A program made the translations under genes and the position numbers. A stretch of 64,000 nt of DNA. Origin: Antedon mediterranea (lineage: Eukaryota; Animalia; Echinodermata). Of the stretch, positions 1 to 12,068 are shown one piece after another. How positions within the stretch are numbered: the stretch's first letter is position 1; each line of letters starts with the position of its first letter. The notes under the pieces were generated by a model. That model searched no databases, was not told the DNA's origin, and saw only the letters and a list, made by a program, of their open reading frames with translations. The stretch spans positions 12,944,795 to 13,008,794 of the forward strand of contig NC_092670.1 of assembly GCF_964355755.1 (NCBI RefSeq), read 5' to 3'.

Positions 1-1171
1 TTGATGCACCTTGTCGTACCAAGAACATTGCTCGAGAGATACCCACTGTACCGTGGTACCGGTCAGTGTTTATGCACTGTGTCATCGGAGGGTTCTTACC
101 ATTCAGGTATGTAAATGGTGCAAAATTTACCATTTCATTTTTAACATAAATGAGTAAAAAGTCATGATTTTGATATAATAATGATAAGAACAATGGTAGT
201 CTTGTATAGCGCCTAATACAATGGTTCTAATATGGCCACTGGGTGATTGGTTGACACATTTTTGTTTCTGTTTTACTATGTTATATCTTTATACAAATAT
301 GACTTAAACCAAATCCAAGCCATATATAATAATAAATAAATTTTTCTTTTTATATTAGTGCTATATCAGTTGAGTTGTACTACATATTTGCCACCTTATG
401 GGGTCGTGAGCAGTATACACTTTATGGAATTCTATTTGTTGTTTACGGAATTTTATTGAGCGTGACGGCGTGTATATCTGTCGCCCTCACATACTTCCAA
501 CTATCAAATGAGGATTATAGATGGTGGTGGCGTTCGATTTTTAGCGCAGGGTAAGTACTGTATTATTAAGTTTTTAAAATACTGTTTTCTTTGTAGTATA
601 AATTAAAACAAACAATAGACTTACAGCAATACATTGTCACAATTGGTTAATCATTATTAGTTAATGTGCATATTTTAAAATAAGGGACCATGTCAAATTT
701 AATCTACTGCTATTACTGCAGTAACTAAATTTTTGTACTGCAAAATTAATAATAATATAATTTTAATATGTTTCAATGTAAAAGTTTATAAGGCAAAAAA
801 TCTTGCTAAATAATTGCATAAAAAGGTTAAAGAGTAAAATGAAGTTACTGCAGTAACTGCAGTAGAATAATATTGACATGGTCCTAAATTTTACATGGTT
901 GAACCATTGTTTTTTTACTTATAATTCAAGAATTTTGTCAGTTTTTAATTGTCTTCATTTTTCTTTCAGATCCACTGGTGTATTTGTGTTCTTGTACTCA
1001 ATTTTCTATTACTACAAGCGTTCCAGTATGTCCGGCTCATTGCAAACCGTTGAATTCTTTGGTTACTCGATTCTCGCTTGCTACATGTTCTTTCTCATGC
1101 TCGGGACCGTATCATTCTTCGCTTCACTGAAGTTCATAAGATATATTTATGTCAACCTAAAGATGGACTGA
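1..1171 (+). CDS. TM9SF1: Transmembrane 9 superfamily member 1, last three coding exons (<1..106, 359..550, 970..1171); 5' part outside window
   Basis: Spliced translation [20 protein letters not shown]...[32 protein letters not shown]...[24 protein letters not shown]...[12 protein letters not shown] matches the TM9SF1 C-terminus. GT-AG introns are in consistent phase. Confidence 0.95.
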
Positions 1172-2900
1172 ACAATCTGTATTTATTCTACCAAGATAAG
1201 GATGCATAATAGTATGTGTATAGTGATCAAAATCTGAACTTCAATCCTTAACTGCTGAAAATTATGCAGTAATACTGCCTTTTATAGAGTATCTATTTTG
1301 TAAAGTAATGCAAGGAAAAAAATCAAACAGTGTCTAAATCTGTATTTATTAAGTTATGTAGTTTCATTGATAATGCTAACTTGTTTATAAGAGTTGTAAT
1401 ATTGGATAACAATGTAGAAGATCGAGAGACATGATCCTATTGGGGGCCTGACAATGTGTTCCTTTATAGAAGTGTCCTCCCCTGAATAGGTGATGGCCGT
1501 AGTGCTAAAGTGTGTCCCCTGAATGTCCGTCACTACTGTATTTTACTAGCCAATCATCTGATAATCTATAGCACTGGACAGAAACAACACAGAGTTTGAT
1601 TTGGTAAATCTCCTCAACAGTCCAGTTTACACAACTTTTATTAAAATTCTAATTTTTAGATAGAACTACTAAACCATCTGCATTAATTCTACCAAGATAA
1701 GGATGCATTTGTATGTGTATAGTGACATTAATCTGAATATTACTCCTTAACTGCTCAAATTAATTTAATAGTAAAAAGGTTTGTGTAATTAAAAAATAGG
1801 GTACTTCAAAATGTATGTTTATTTAGATTTAAATTCTTTTTTTTTCCAGATATGTTTCTTAGAAACTATTAAATGTAACAACAATAGGTTCAAACTGCAG
1901 TATTCAAGATGGGTTATTTAAACCCAAAATTTTGCACCATAAGGGTATATTTCATGTTATGTAAGAATAGGCTATATATAAAGTGACTTTAATTAATTAA
2001 AAAAATATTCTATACCTTATAATATATAAATTAGTCTCTTAATGATAAATATAAACTTTGCAATGAAATATAATTTGTTTAGCTATTCTTATTTCAGAAA
2101 TTAATGCATTTGAAGATTTAATAATAGTAATTTTGTCGCTTTATTTACCTTTATTTTTTAAGAGTGTTGGAATTGAGACTTTATTTTAATTAAAGTAGGT
2201 TCATTAGTATTCTGGAACTTTTTAAAGAAAACTATATGTATATTTTGACAATATGATCTTATTGCATTCAGGTTCGACAGTATTTACGTTTGTATATTTT
2301 ACACCTCTTTTTGTAATTATTTAGCAAGCTTTTTAGGTAATCATATACACTGTTTACTGCAGTAACTGCAGCAGAATAATTTCTAAGACAGCTTAGCAAT
2401 TACTGCTATTAGTATCATAGTTTGACTATTATTTTTAAAAAAATTGGAAGTTTATTAGATTTTAAATTCTACATGTAATTATTAAAAAAAAAAAATGTTA
2501 TAATAGTTCTTTAATTTTAGTGATGCTTTTATTTTGTTGTTTATTTTGTGGTTGTATGTCTTTCTATATGCTGGGTTACTAATACTGTTTTAATTTCACA
2601 TCAATAATTGTTTTATGATTAATTTCTGCAAAATTCATATTGAAAAAAAAGGAACAAATGTATTTTTCATTTGATTTTTGTATTTAAATTGGGTGACCAT
2701 TTTGAATTGATTACTAATGCATAAATTGGGTTCAGGTTTTTCTTGTACCAAGTTTTACCGTATAATTATATTTTTTTACTTTCCTGTAGGCCTACTTAGC
2801 ATGTCAGTTGATACAGACTCCAACAACATGAATTAAATAGTTTTAAAAATTGTTTTTCTGAAGACTTGTATATTTGATAAATCTCATACGAAGCATAATA

Positions 2901-3086
2901 CAGTCAACTCTCCCAATACCGGACTCTCTGAAAACCAGAAACTCTCCCAATACCAGACTTTTTTTGAGGACCAAATGGTCCCAAATTTATATTTACCATT
3001 AAAAACACATTCCGAATACCAGACTTTCCAGAAAACCAGACTTATTTGGCCGGCCCAAAGGTGTCCGGTATTGGGAGAGTTGACTG
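2901..3086. mobile_element. Tc1/mariner-pogo type MITE
   Basis: Terminal inverted repeats CAGTCAACTCTCCCAATACCGGAC...GTCCGGTATTGGGAGAGTTGACTG, with TA on both flanks. Confidence 0.85.
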
Positions 3087-3513
3087 TACTACTATTATTA
3101 AACAAGATGGGTGTATACTATTTAAAACCCGCCTTTTGCTTCTTATGGAATGTATAAAACAGTCATTTAATTATTAAATTTGTCTTGTATTTGACATCTA
3201 GGCCTATATCAGTTCTTTTTGTAATTAAAACTTAATAATTTTATGAATCAACATTAAAATTATGAAGTAGTAGATTATTGTAATATTGAAGCCTGTTTTG
3301 TGTTTTTTTGTTTTCACTATTAGCGTAAACAAAGGCATTTTTTTGTTTAAATATAATTTGTTGGAATATAGATCGATTGCCGAAGATCGAAGAAGCAACA
3401 ATTCCAAAGATCTTCCATCAAGCGAGGGCGCTATATCAACCCTAAAAAACAACATCGAGCCATATGCGATGATAAGATGGTTATTTTTAGCTGTTAAATA
3501 TAACATTTTAACG

Positions 3514-6500
3514 ATGTTTTCCAGTAACGACATTATTTTTATTATCATAATATTTTTTATTCAACTAATTGATAAAACGTATGCGCATCCACATACACAC
3601 AAGGGTAAGTTTTAGTTAGGTTTTAGCTGCTAGGCCTCCTCCTAGGTAGCCTCTATAGAGTCGGCCTAGCTACTAGGAGGCTAGTGTAAGTAACACTACC
3701 GGAGGACAGCACACCTATTGTAAGTTTTTCGGTCGCAGGCGACCGAAATATTCTCCCGGTAGATTTTTTGATAAAATGTTATCAAGTACATGTCATGCTA
3801 ACATTACATTTAATGTTATTGTGATATTTAATTGTGCGTTTTGTACATTTTTAATTACAAAATAAAAAAAAACTGTTAAAATAATGTTATGTTTAATACT
3901 CCGAAACTGAAAACCTGTGATATTAGTGATAGACGTTTTGTTTTGTTGTTGTGTTATTATGATTTTAACGGGTCAGTCTAATTACCGAAAACAACCGAAA
4001 ACAACCGAAAACAAACCGGAAACAAACCGAAAAAAAACTTAAAAAAATCTAATTACCGAAAACAAATTTTTTTTTATGTCGCCCTCTATATTAATGATAT
4101 ATTGAAGTAGATAGCACTGCGTTATTACACGTGAGCCTTGGTTTGGTTGTCAGGATCTGACGAGTATTCGGCACCAAAATCAGGGGCGGATCCAGGATTT
4201 TGAAATAGGGAGGTGTGGGGGGGGGGGGGGAGCAAAGGTAAAGTTTTCCCCTATGACATGTTCATTTCAAACTGAGAAGCAAAAAGCAAAGCTAAATACG
4301 TCAGAGGTGTTTTTTTGTTTTATACTATAGTAGGCCTATACCCCCACCCCACAAATAATCCACTGAAAATTAATTAAATAGTCTATTATTTATTAAACTT
4401 TGTTATTCGGTGGCCATATAACAGCTAGGAGGCCTACTAAGAAATTTGTAATGCCTGAGATGATCATTGTGGGTGGGTGGGTAAGTTTAGTTCTGATAAA
4501 ATGATAAGAAGTATTGGAACCATGGTGGGGCCTGTGGCGAAGCTAATTTACTCCCATGACACCCCTAGCTAGATGGCCGGAAATGGGTACTCTCGCGCGT
4601 AAAATTCATGAAAAATGGAACCTCATAACTCATATCATTTGACGTTATTTTAATGTTGATTCTTGAATTTATTTGTTCACTAAACGAATAACTGTAATTT
4701 ATTTGAATGCAAATAGAGAGAAAATGATGCCTGTGCTCACGCATGAATTTGTTCAAAGTACTTGTTTCATTAAAAAATCACTTTGAAAGAAAGAGTATAG
4801 CTAGCCTTCTGGTGTAATGCCCAATTCACCACTAGACTTTACAAGTATTGTAATACAGTACAAATTAAAATCAAGGTTAAAATAAAAAAAAATATATATA
4901 AAGTTAATAAAACATTTATTAAATAAGTTAAATTCTTAATTCCAGCAGTGTGCGTTTTAGAGAGGATTCATTTTAAGTCTTTTGCAGCGACAGCTTAATT
5001 TTGATTAAGTTGTTTAACAATTAAACGTAATGTTGTTTCCCCTGATTAATGAGTTAATGAATGTTTTTCTCCGTTGAAATATATACTGGACCTACGGTTT
5101 ATAGTCTTTATCCGAGAAGACTCGTCTAACCACCAGAACCACGGAGTGAGTGAGCCTCGAACCCCTGCCGATGTTATGGCTACGTAATTACTGTTCCACT
5201 GTCTTAACCGCTCGGCCACTCACTCCCTACGAATGTCTACTAATGTTGATTTGCGAAATTATTGGTTTATGTTCCCGACCAAATCAACATTAAACTCAGA
5301 TTAAGATTATTCAGTATCTAACCATTTCCTGTCTACTTTATGAAACATATCAGTCGGTATAAATAATATAATAAATCTCATAGTACGGAAACTGCTCTAT
5401 CGCGTTAAAAGTGATATATTATGTTGATGAAACCTGATAAAGGGTGATATATTATGCTATAGTTTTGGCAGTTTTTTTTTTATCCTTTTGATACGATAGA
5501 TCACGACATCCTGATCAGTCGTATGCAGAATGAATTTGGCATTACTGGCTTTTCTTTATTAATTGGGTAGATAGAAATAAAATTACTTCAGCATTACATA
5601 AAAGGGAGTTTTTTATTGGCGTCTTTCTTGATTTTTCAAAGTCAGTCAAATACCACAATACTTCTATCACAATTAATTGATTGGTTTAAAAGTTATTTAT
5701 TATTTACCTCCGCCAAGGAGGGATCTCTAATCGATCGCGACGTGTGTCTGTTTATTTGATTGTCTGTCTGTTTGTTAGCAGAATTACTCAAAAAAGTTAT
5801 TGCAAGAAATATGTGGCCAAGGACCACTCCATTACATTTGGAGGCAATCCGGACCACGGTCCCAATTTTTGACCACTTTTTAGTATTATTTTCAGACCTG
5901 CTAGTGTTAAAGCGAATTTACGATTTGCACCGAATAGAGGTGTTTTTCACATGTACAAACTGTTTACATATAAACACAATATACACAAATAAACGTCGTA
6001 GAAGTGGTGTATTATTGTCATGCGGTAAGTACATTTGAAATCGCTGAAATTATACTATGTATTCGAGAACCATCCCTAGTTGTTAAAATTGTTATAAAAT
6101 ACTAAAAAAGTATTTTAGAAGTGATTATATCGAATTACAGTACTTATATGCTAATATATTAAAATGCTTATATATTATGCGTGGTGCGTGTGAGTGTTAG
6201 GCTACTATTATGTAGTTTCTTTTATATTATATGTAGGAATACTTTAACTTTCCAACTTGTATCTTTAAAACCTTATTTCATGTTTTTTTCTTTATGATAA
6301 TGTTTTATTTTTCAAAGGGTCTTACGACTACAGACAATTCCTTGTCTCTGTAAGATTCATGTAACATATACATTAAATATCTAACATATTGTAGATTCTG
6401 TAAGTAAATGCACGGTGTTATCATTGAGTTTGTACGATATTGAGTTAAATTTTGTGCACACTTCCATTTCGTATGGTCTCTATCTCCTTGGCTTTGCGCG

Positions 6501-9500
6501 CGCGGTCTTGTTGGCTTTAGAAACACCTATCAATAGAGGGCGACATTAAAAAAATATACTGTAGAAATTTGTTTGGCGTGCGAGGTCAATATAGTAGCTG
6601 CATCAAATTTGTTTTCGGTATTTAGATATTGTTATTTTGTTTTCGGTTTGTTTTCGGTTGTTTTTGGTTGTTTATGGTTGTTTTCAGTTGTTTATGGTTG
6701 TTTTCGGTTGTTTTCGGTAATTAGACTGACCGATTTTAACTTGTTAAATCTACCACTAAAGCATGTTAATAACATTTACTTAACATTAATACCGGGCCAC
6801 TACCTGGTGAAGATTAGTATGACCGCTTACTATTAATATATTATTATTAATTAGGCAGACAGATTGTTTATTATGTACTGAACTTTTTTTTTACTGCTTA
6901 GATGTGTTGATATGCCGACACTGTGGTCATGATATTGTAAAAGCATCTGATTTGGAATACTTTCCAGCTACAAAAGTTGTACAAAGTCGTGAATCCACCA
7001 TTCTAGGCATTCCGGACATCCTTGTACAGTTACTTCGTAATCCTCAGGGTAGGTGATTGGTGTAATAAAGTGCAATGTTGGCCCAGCCATCTACACCCCA
7101 TCAATTTACATCCCACACATCTACACCCCACCCACCTACACCCCGCCAATTTACACACTGCCCATCTACACCCCACCCATCTACACCCCACCCATCTACA
7201 CCCCACCCATCTACACCCCACCCATCAACACCCCACCCATCTACACCCTGCCCATCTACACTTCACCCATCTACACCCCACCCATCTACACCCTGCCCAT
7301 CTACACCCCGCCCGTCTACTCCCCACCCGTCTACACCCCACCCGTCTACACCCCACCCGTCTACACCCCACCCGTCTACACCCCACCCGTCTACACCCCA
7401 CCCGTCTACACCCCACCCAACTAAATTTTGATATGGAAATGTTCACTTCATTTTACAATTTTTAGGTGTCAAATATTAGGTCTCTAGTTTGAACAAAAAA
7501 TTCATATTTTTTGTCTTTTTTAAATAAATTTAAAAGTTTTATATTTGTTTTTTAGGCTCTACATTTGATGTCATAACAGCCACAGATGCTCAAGTTCTGG
7601 TAGATTCAAAGGTAGGTGTGAATATTTTTATTACAACTACAATTTTGTGGAAAATTTGTTTTTAAAGTGAATTATAAATATGGGACCATGTAGGAATTAT
7701 TCTACTGCAGTTTACTTTTTCAACAACTATTGGCATCACACACTGTTTATTGCAGTGACTGGCACCTCATAAACTTCTAATTTGAAAGCTCTGTCTACAC
7801 TATCAAACTTAATGTGATGATGTCATATCACTACCATATTTTGGCACATCACACTTTTTTTGTCAAACTAGTTTGATAGTACTCTATAGCTTAATACTAT
7901 AGAATGGCCAGGACTCTGTAAGCATTTAGTTAGTCTTGTTTTTTTCTAATTAAGCCATTTATAAGCTCTGTCTACACTATCAAACTTTATGTAATGATGT
8001 CATATCACTACCATATTTGAGCATATCACTACCATATTTGAGCATATCACTACCATATTTTGGCACAACACACTTTTTTTGTCAAACTAGTTTGATAGTA
8101 CTACAATATAGCTGAATACTATAGAATGGCCAGGACTCTGTAAGCATTTAGTTAGTCTTGTTTTTTTCTAATAAGGCAATTTATAAGCTCTGTCTACACT
8201 ATCAAACTTTAGGTGACAAAATGACATCACACTTTTTGTCAAACTAGTTTAGTGTAGACAGAGCTTCTGTTAATGATATATATATATATATATAACGCCT
8301 CGGTTGGGGCGACTTTTTCTCATTCTCACAGATTTCCTCATCTTTATCGTTTCAAATTAATTAATTAAAATTTCAGTATATCACCGGGCGGTTTAGAATT
8401 AATGTTCTGTGCCTGATTTGTTTATATATATAACTATCTTTATATTTCAGGTTTATCAATCAGATTCCTGGTTTGAAGACACAGCATGGCAGATCACACG
8501 CTGCCCACGGTGTCATTCACAAATGGGATGGTAAGTATTCAGTGATCTCCCAAAGCAGGTTTTGCTAGCAAGGTTTGCCTGAATAAATTGGCTCCAACCA
8601 GTATTAAAATAAACACTTATCTATTAATGGTAGGTTAGGCCAAGACAAGACATAAAAAAGATAGACAAAGAGCAATCAAAGACTGTATTTTGTCAATTGG
8701 ATTATTTTACTCTTTTTGTATTTGAGTATATTAGTTACATCTTATAATATATAGATAATTTGATACTAGAAGGAGGGGAGACTGTAATGTTAAATTTTTC
8801 TTATTATTTAGGTACATTTTTATTTTGTTATGTTTTCAATTTTCATTTTGTCTAAATGAAAAGCTACAGTATGTATTCTAAATGCAAACAAAACAAATTT
8901 GTTAAACAAAAGGTCTGAACTGATTTCAAAATGTCGTCATAACAAGAAAATTTACATACCACCTGACTAAAGCCTTATAACAACTCGAGATACGGTATTG
9001 TTCAGTCTATCTGAAGATCGTTTAACGTGAAACACCGTGTAATAGACGCCCGTGTTCTATCTAATTCATAAATATATATTCGCTCTTGATTTCAATTGAG
9101 CACTTTTGCTGCCTCAATGCATCTACATATATATGTATGTATATATTTATCTCTTCAACATCTTTAATATATTTTTGAATAAATTGAAATTAAAATTAAT
9201 TGAATTGAAATTAAAAATGATTGATTTACAATTTATTCAACACTCTTTCAATAACATTTCTGAGTTATTCATTCAATTGTTTAATTAATTATTTTTAGGA
9301 AATACCAGCCAAGTGATTCTTATGACGAAGAAGAAGTTTTCCATGGATTAATTTTAAATCACCTTGTGCATGAAGATTGTAAGTAATATATTATTATTAT
9401 TATATTTGTGTTGCAAATAACCAGAGATAAAAAATAAACCAGCAACTAACTATCCACATTGATTGGCCCCTTAAGTTACTTGCAATGCATGAGAAACAGT

Positions 9501-10683
9501 TTCAGTACACCAGCATTGAGTGGATAATATTAATACGCATTGGAGCTGGAGCTTGATGGTTAATACTATTTAATAAATTCATCTGGTTCCAAATATAAAT
9601 AAACTGAAAAATGATTATTTTTTTGTTGAACCAAACAATACAGACAAAATTGGTATAACTACCATAGTGATGTTTCATTGACATGCTGTCAACTTCCTCA
9701 AACTACTGTTTGGAATCATGGCCTGTACAGTCTTTGAGACACTGTGGTTGATGTTCTTGCCTTCCAAACCCAAGGTCCATGGTTCAATCCTGACTTAGTG
9801 CCAGGATTTTGACTCACACTTTTTTCATATACTCCTTAAGCCTCAAATGAGGTATAGTTTATAAGCATTATAAATTATGAACTAGTTTATCCATCCTGTA
9901 GTGGACGAGTTTGTGCTCACTGTTGGGTGTGTATGAAATAATAAAATAGAGAAAAATAGCAGAACAAACACAAAAACAAACCATCTGTATATGCAAAAAT
10001 TAAAATGTTCTAATGTTAATTGGCAATGGTGGTACAGTGGAACAGCACAAGTTTTCAATTGAACACGCACAATACAGATATCGAATTTCCCTCGCCTCAT
10101 TTGGCATAAAAAAAGATACAAAAGAAAGAAGACGCATGTTAAAAATCCAAAGCATCTTTTGAAAAGAGGATTCTATGTTATTGTTAAGTGGGGACATGGT
10201 CTCTGGTTACTTAGATATTCAACTGATGAGTTAAACTATTGACAATGCTAAACAATTAAAGAAATGTTCACACCACTTAAATATGATGATGATGCTTATT
10301 TAAAGTATCTAGTGATTTCCGTAGTGAAAGTAGGAACCAGTATATAAAAGACCACCCAAGTCATGAGAGTTTTTGTAATATTTTGAGTGATTTCCCGGCT
10401 GTCTATCGCTAAAGATATTCAAATACTGTAGGCCATGCTTGGAAAGTGCCTTGAAAACAGTTTACTACACATTCTAATACCCAAGATTTTTATTAGTGTC
10501 CTCTGTGTTTGGATGTGTTTTCACCTCTATGGTTTGTCCACACTTTTGAAAAGTCTATCAAGATTTTAAAAAATCAGCATTTTAGTACTACATAATAAGT
10601 ACTTTAGCCAAATATTTTTATTTATTTTTTATATTACAGATGCTAATGCTGTTGTATTGAAACATATGAACATCGTTAGGTGA
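3514..10683 (+). CDS. Signal-peptide plus CULT domain (cereblon thalidomide-binding/Yippee-like) protein, about 165 aa; exons 3514..3604, 6902..7048, 7556..7611, 8451..8530, 9299..9378, 10640..10683
   Basis: Spliced product MFSSNDIIFIIIIFFIQLIDKTYAHPHTHK-DVLICRHCGHDI...LLRNPQGSTFDVIT...SDSWFEDTAWQITRCPRCHSQMGWKY...FHGLILNHL. It has two CxxC, NPxG-x-F-x-V, SWFxxxxW, GW and FxGL motifs of CULT domains. All introns are GT-AG and phase-consistent. Confidence 0.85.
5086..5225 (-). mobile_element. tRNA-derived SINE fragment (MetaSINE-like core)
   Basis: Minus strand: A-box AGTGGCCGAGCGGTTAAG, B-box GGTTCGAG, then TCTCGGATAAAGACTATAAACCGTAGGTCC. Confidence 0.65.
5487..5550 (+). mobile_element. CR1/L2-type LINE reverse transcriptase remnant
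   Basis: Translates FDTIDHDILISRMQNEFGITG, resembling the AFDTVDH..L..L...GI.G RT motif. Confidence 0.55.
7088..7418. repeat. 15-bp minisatellite (CCATCTACACCCCAC)n, about 22 copies, intron 2 of the CULT gene
   Basis: Direct inspection; explains the overlapping Pro/His-rich ORFs. Confidence 0.95.
7787..8267. mobile_element. Three tandem copies of a short MITE family (AAGCTCTGTCTACACTATCAAACT...AGTGTAGACAGAGCTT); further partial copies near 14875-14940 and 44280-44385
   Basis: Inverted termini are complete in the copy near 8185-8267; the two upstream copies are duplicated with shared flanking sequence. Confidence 0.7.
9005..9047 (+). ncRNA. Minimal type I hammerhead ribozyme motif
   Basis: GTCTAT-CTGAAGA-tCGTttaACGt-GAAA-CACcGTG-TA-ATAGAC: 6-bp stem I, intact core boxes, short stems II and III, GUA cleavage triplet. 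Confidence 0.55.
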
Positions 10684-12068
10684 CGGCATCAACGATAATG
10701 AACTATCTATTTAGCTTTAAATTTAATGGTATCTATTTGAGGAGTAAATATTTGTTCTTATCTTGGTGGTGGATATTTTTAGTCTTTCGATTTGTAAGCA
10801 TCTTTGAAAGTGCCTCTTTTTATTTATAAGTAATGCAAATGTCTTGCCTATGCTTGGTTTATACCTTGTAATGGTTTTGTTGTTGATGAAAATAACAGAT
10901 AAACAGAGGTCTAAAACAAAATACACAGAGGCCCTACTTGTGTGTATGGGTGTAGTTAACGATTTTGCTTAATATTCGTAAAAAGAAATGCATTTTGGCA
11001 CACTTAGCGTGTCATATATTTGAGCTGGAATCAAAACGTCCTCTGTTCGCGTTCATAAAGGAATATACCAATGATTTTCTTAGGGGAATACTAACAAACG
11101 ACACTAACAGAAAGACTGTAGAGACGTAGGAAAAGTCTAATATGGGGGTGTATTCAATGTGGAAGAGTATCTGTATAGTTTGGTTGCTTTCGATTTATCC
11201 ATTTTCAAGCTTGTTAACAGCTTGTTAACAGTTATGTACTTATATTTATTTGCGACCAATTATTGAAGGAATTGAAAACAGTTTTTTGAGACAAATTTAA
11301 GCTTTAAGAAAGAGTACAGGTATGCTAAATACAAATACTGAAATCTGGTTGTAAAATAAATAACAGCTCATAGTAGATATATATTTAATTGCTTAAAACT
11401 TTATTACTGGTGTAAAAACTAGGGTGGATAATAAAATGTACAAATTGGTCTGTTTATATTATGGCATTAATGTTTCATACATACTCTATATACAAATTAT
11501 TATATTCGTTTTTAAAATGTTATTTAAGTTTGAAATTAATGTTTCATTAAACAAAATCGTCATGTAGACCATGTATAAGTAGTTGATCGTCCCCCACTGT
11601 AATTGAAAAAGTCTCATTGCAAAGCTGTTCAAATCAAACCTTTCCCTTTAAACCCCTCTCTCGGAACTTTCAAAAAGGAACATTAACACTCTTTTTTGCG
11701 TGGCCATAATTCCAATTCTGATTATTCAATCGGTTTGACGAGATATCCAAGTCCTATGCTGCTAAAAGTGTCGTTATCTTGTGTCATGTTATGTTTCGTA
11801 TATAGTTCCGAATATAAAATACCACTATTTCAATATTTCCAAATCTCCTGTTGAATTTGAGTTCGTCTTATACATTTCCCATTTAAATTAAATTTGTTCG
11901 TTGATTCTTTCACATCCAGAAATCGTATGATTATTTATCTGATTTGACCAGATATTCAATGCAAAATCATTTGCCATATTTTCTCCAAATCTCCTGTTGA
12001 ATTTGCTTTCGTCTTGTACAGTTCAAATTTACCATCACGTTTTTTCACTTTGAAAATAAACCAGTTTC

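Larger units (their letters stand above)
3970..6731. mobile_element. Non-autonomous MULE/Mutator-like (Rehavkus/foldback-type) element in intron 1 of the CULT gene
   Basis: TIRs GGTCAGTCTAATTACCGAAAAC with subterminal (AACCGAAAAC)n arrays and an inner IR ATGTCGCCCTCTAT. 9-bp direct repeat GATTTTAAC at 3961-3969 and 6732-6740. Confidence 0.75.

Noticed and set aside
1184-1760. About 75-bp direct repeat in the TM9SF1 3' region (about 1184-1260 and 1686-1760)
   Set aside because: Small degenerate local duplication with no further structure.
7022-7465. Extensin-like or His/Pro-rich protein ORFs
   Set aside because: Open in several frames because of a 15-bp repeat lying between valid splice sites of the CULT gene.
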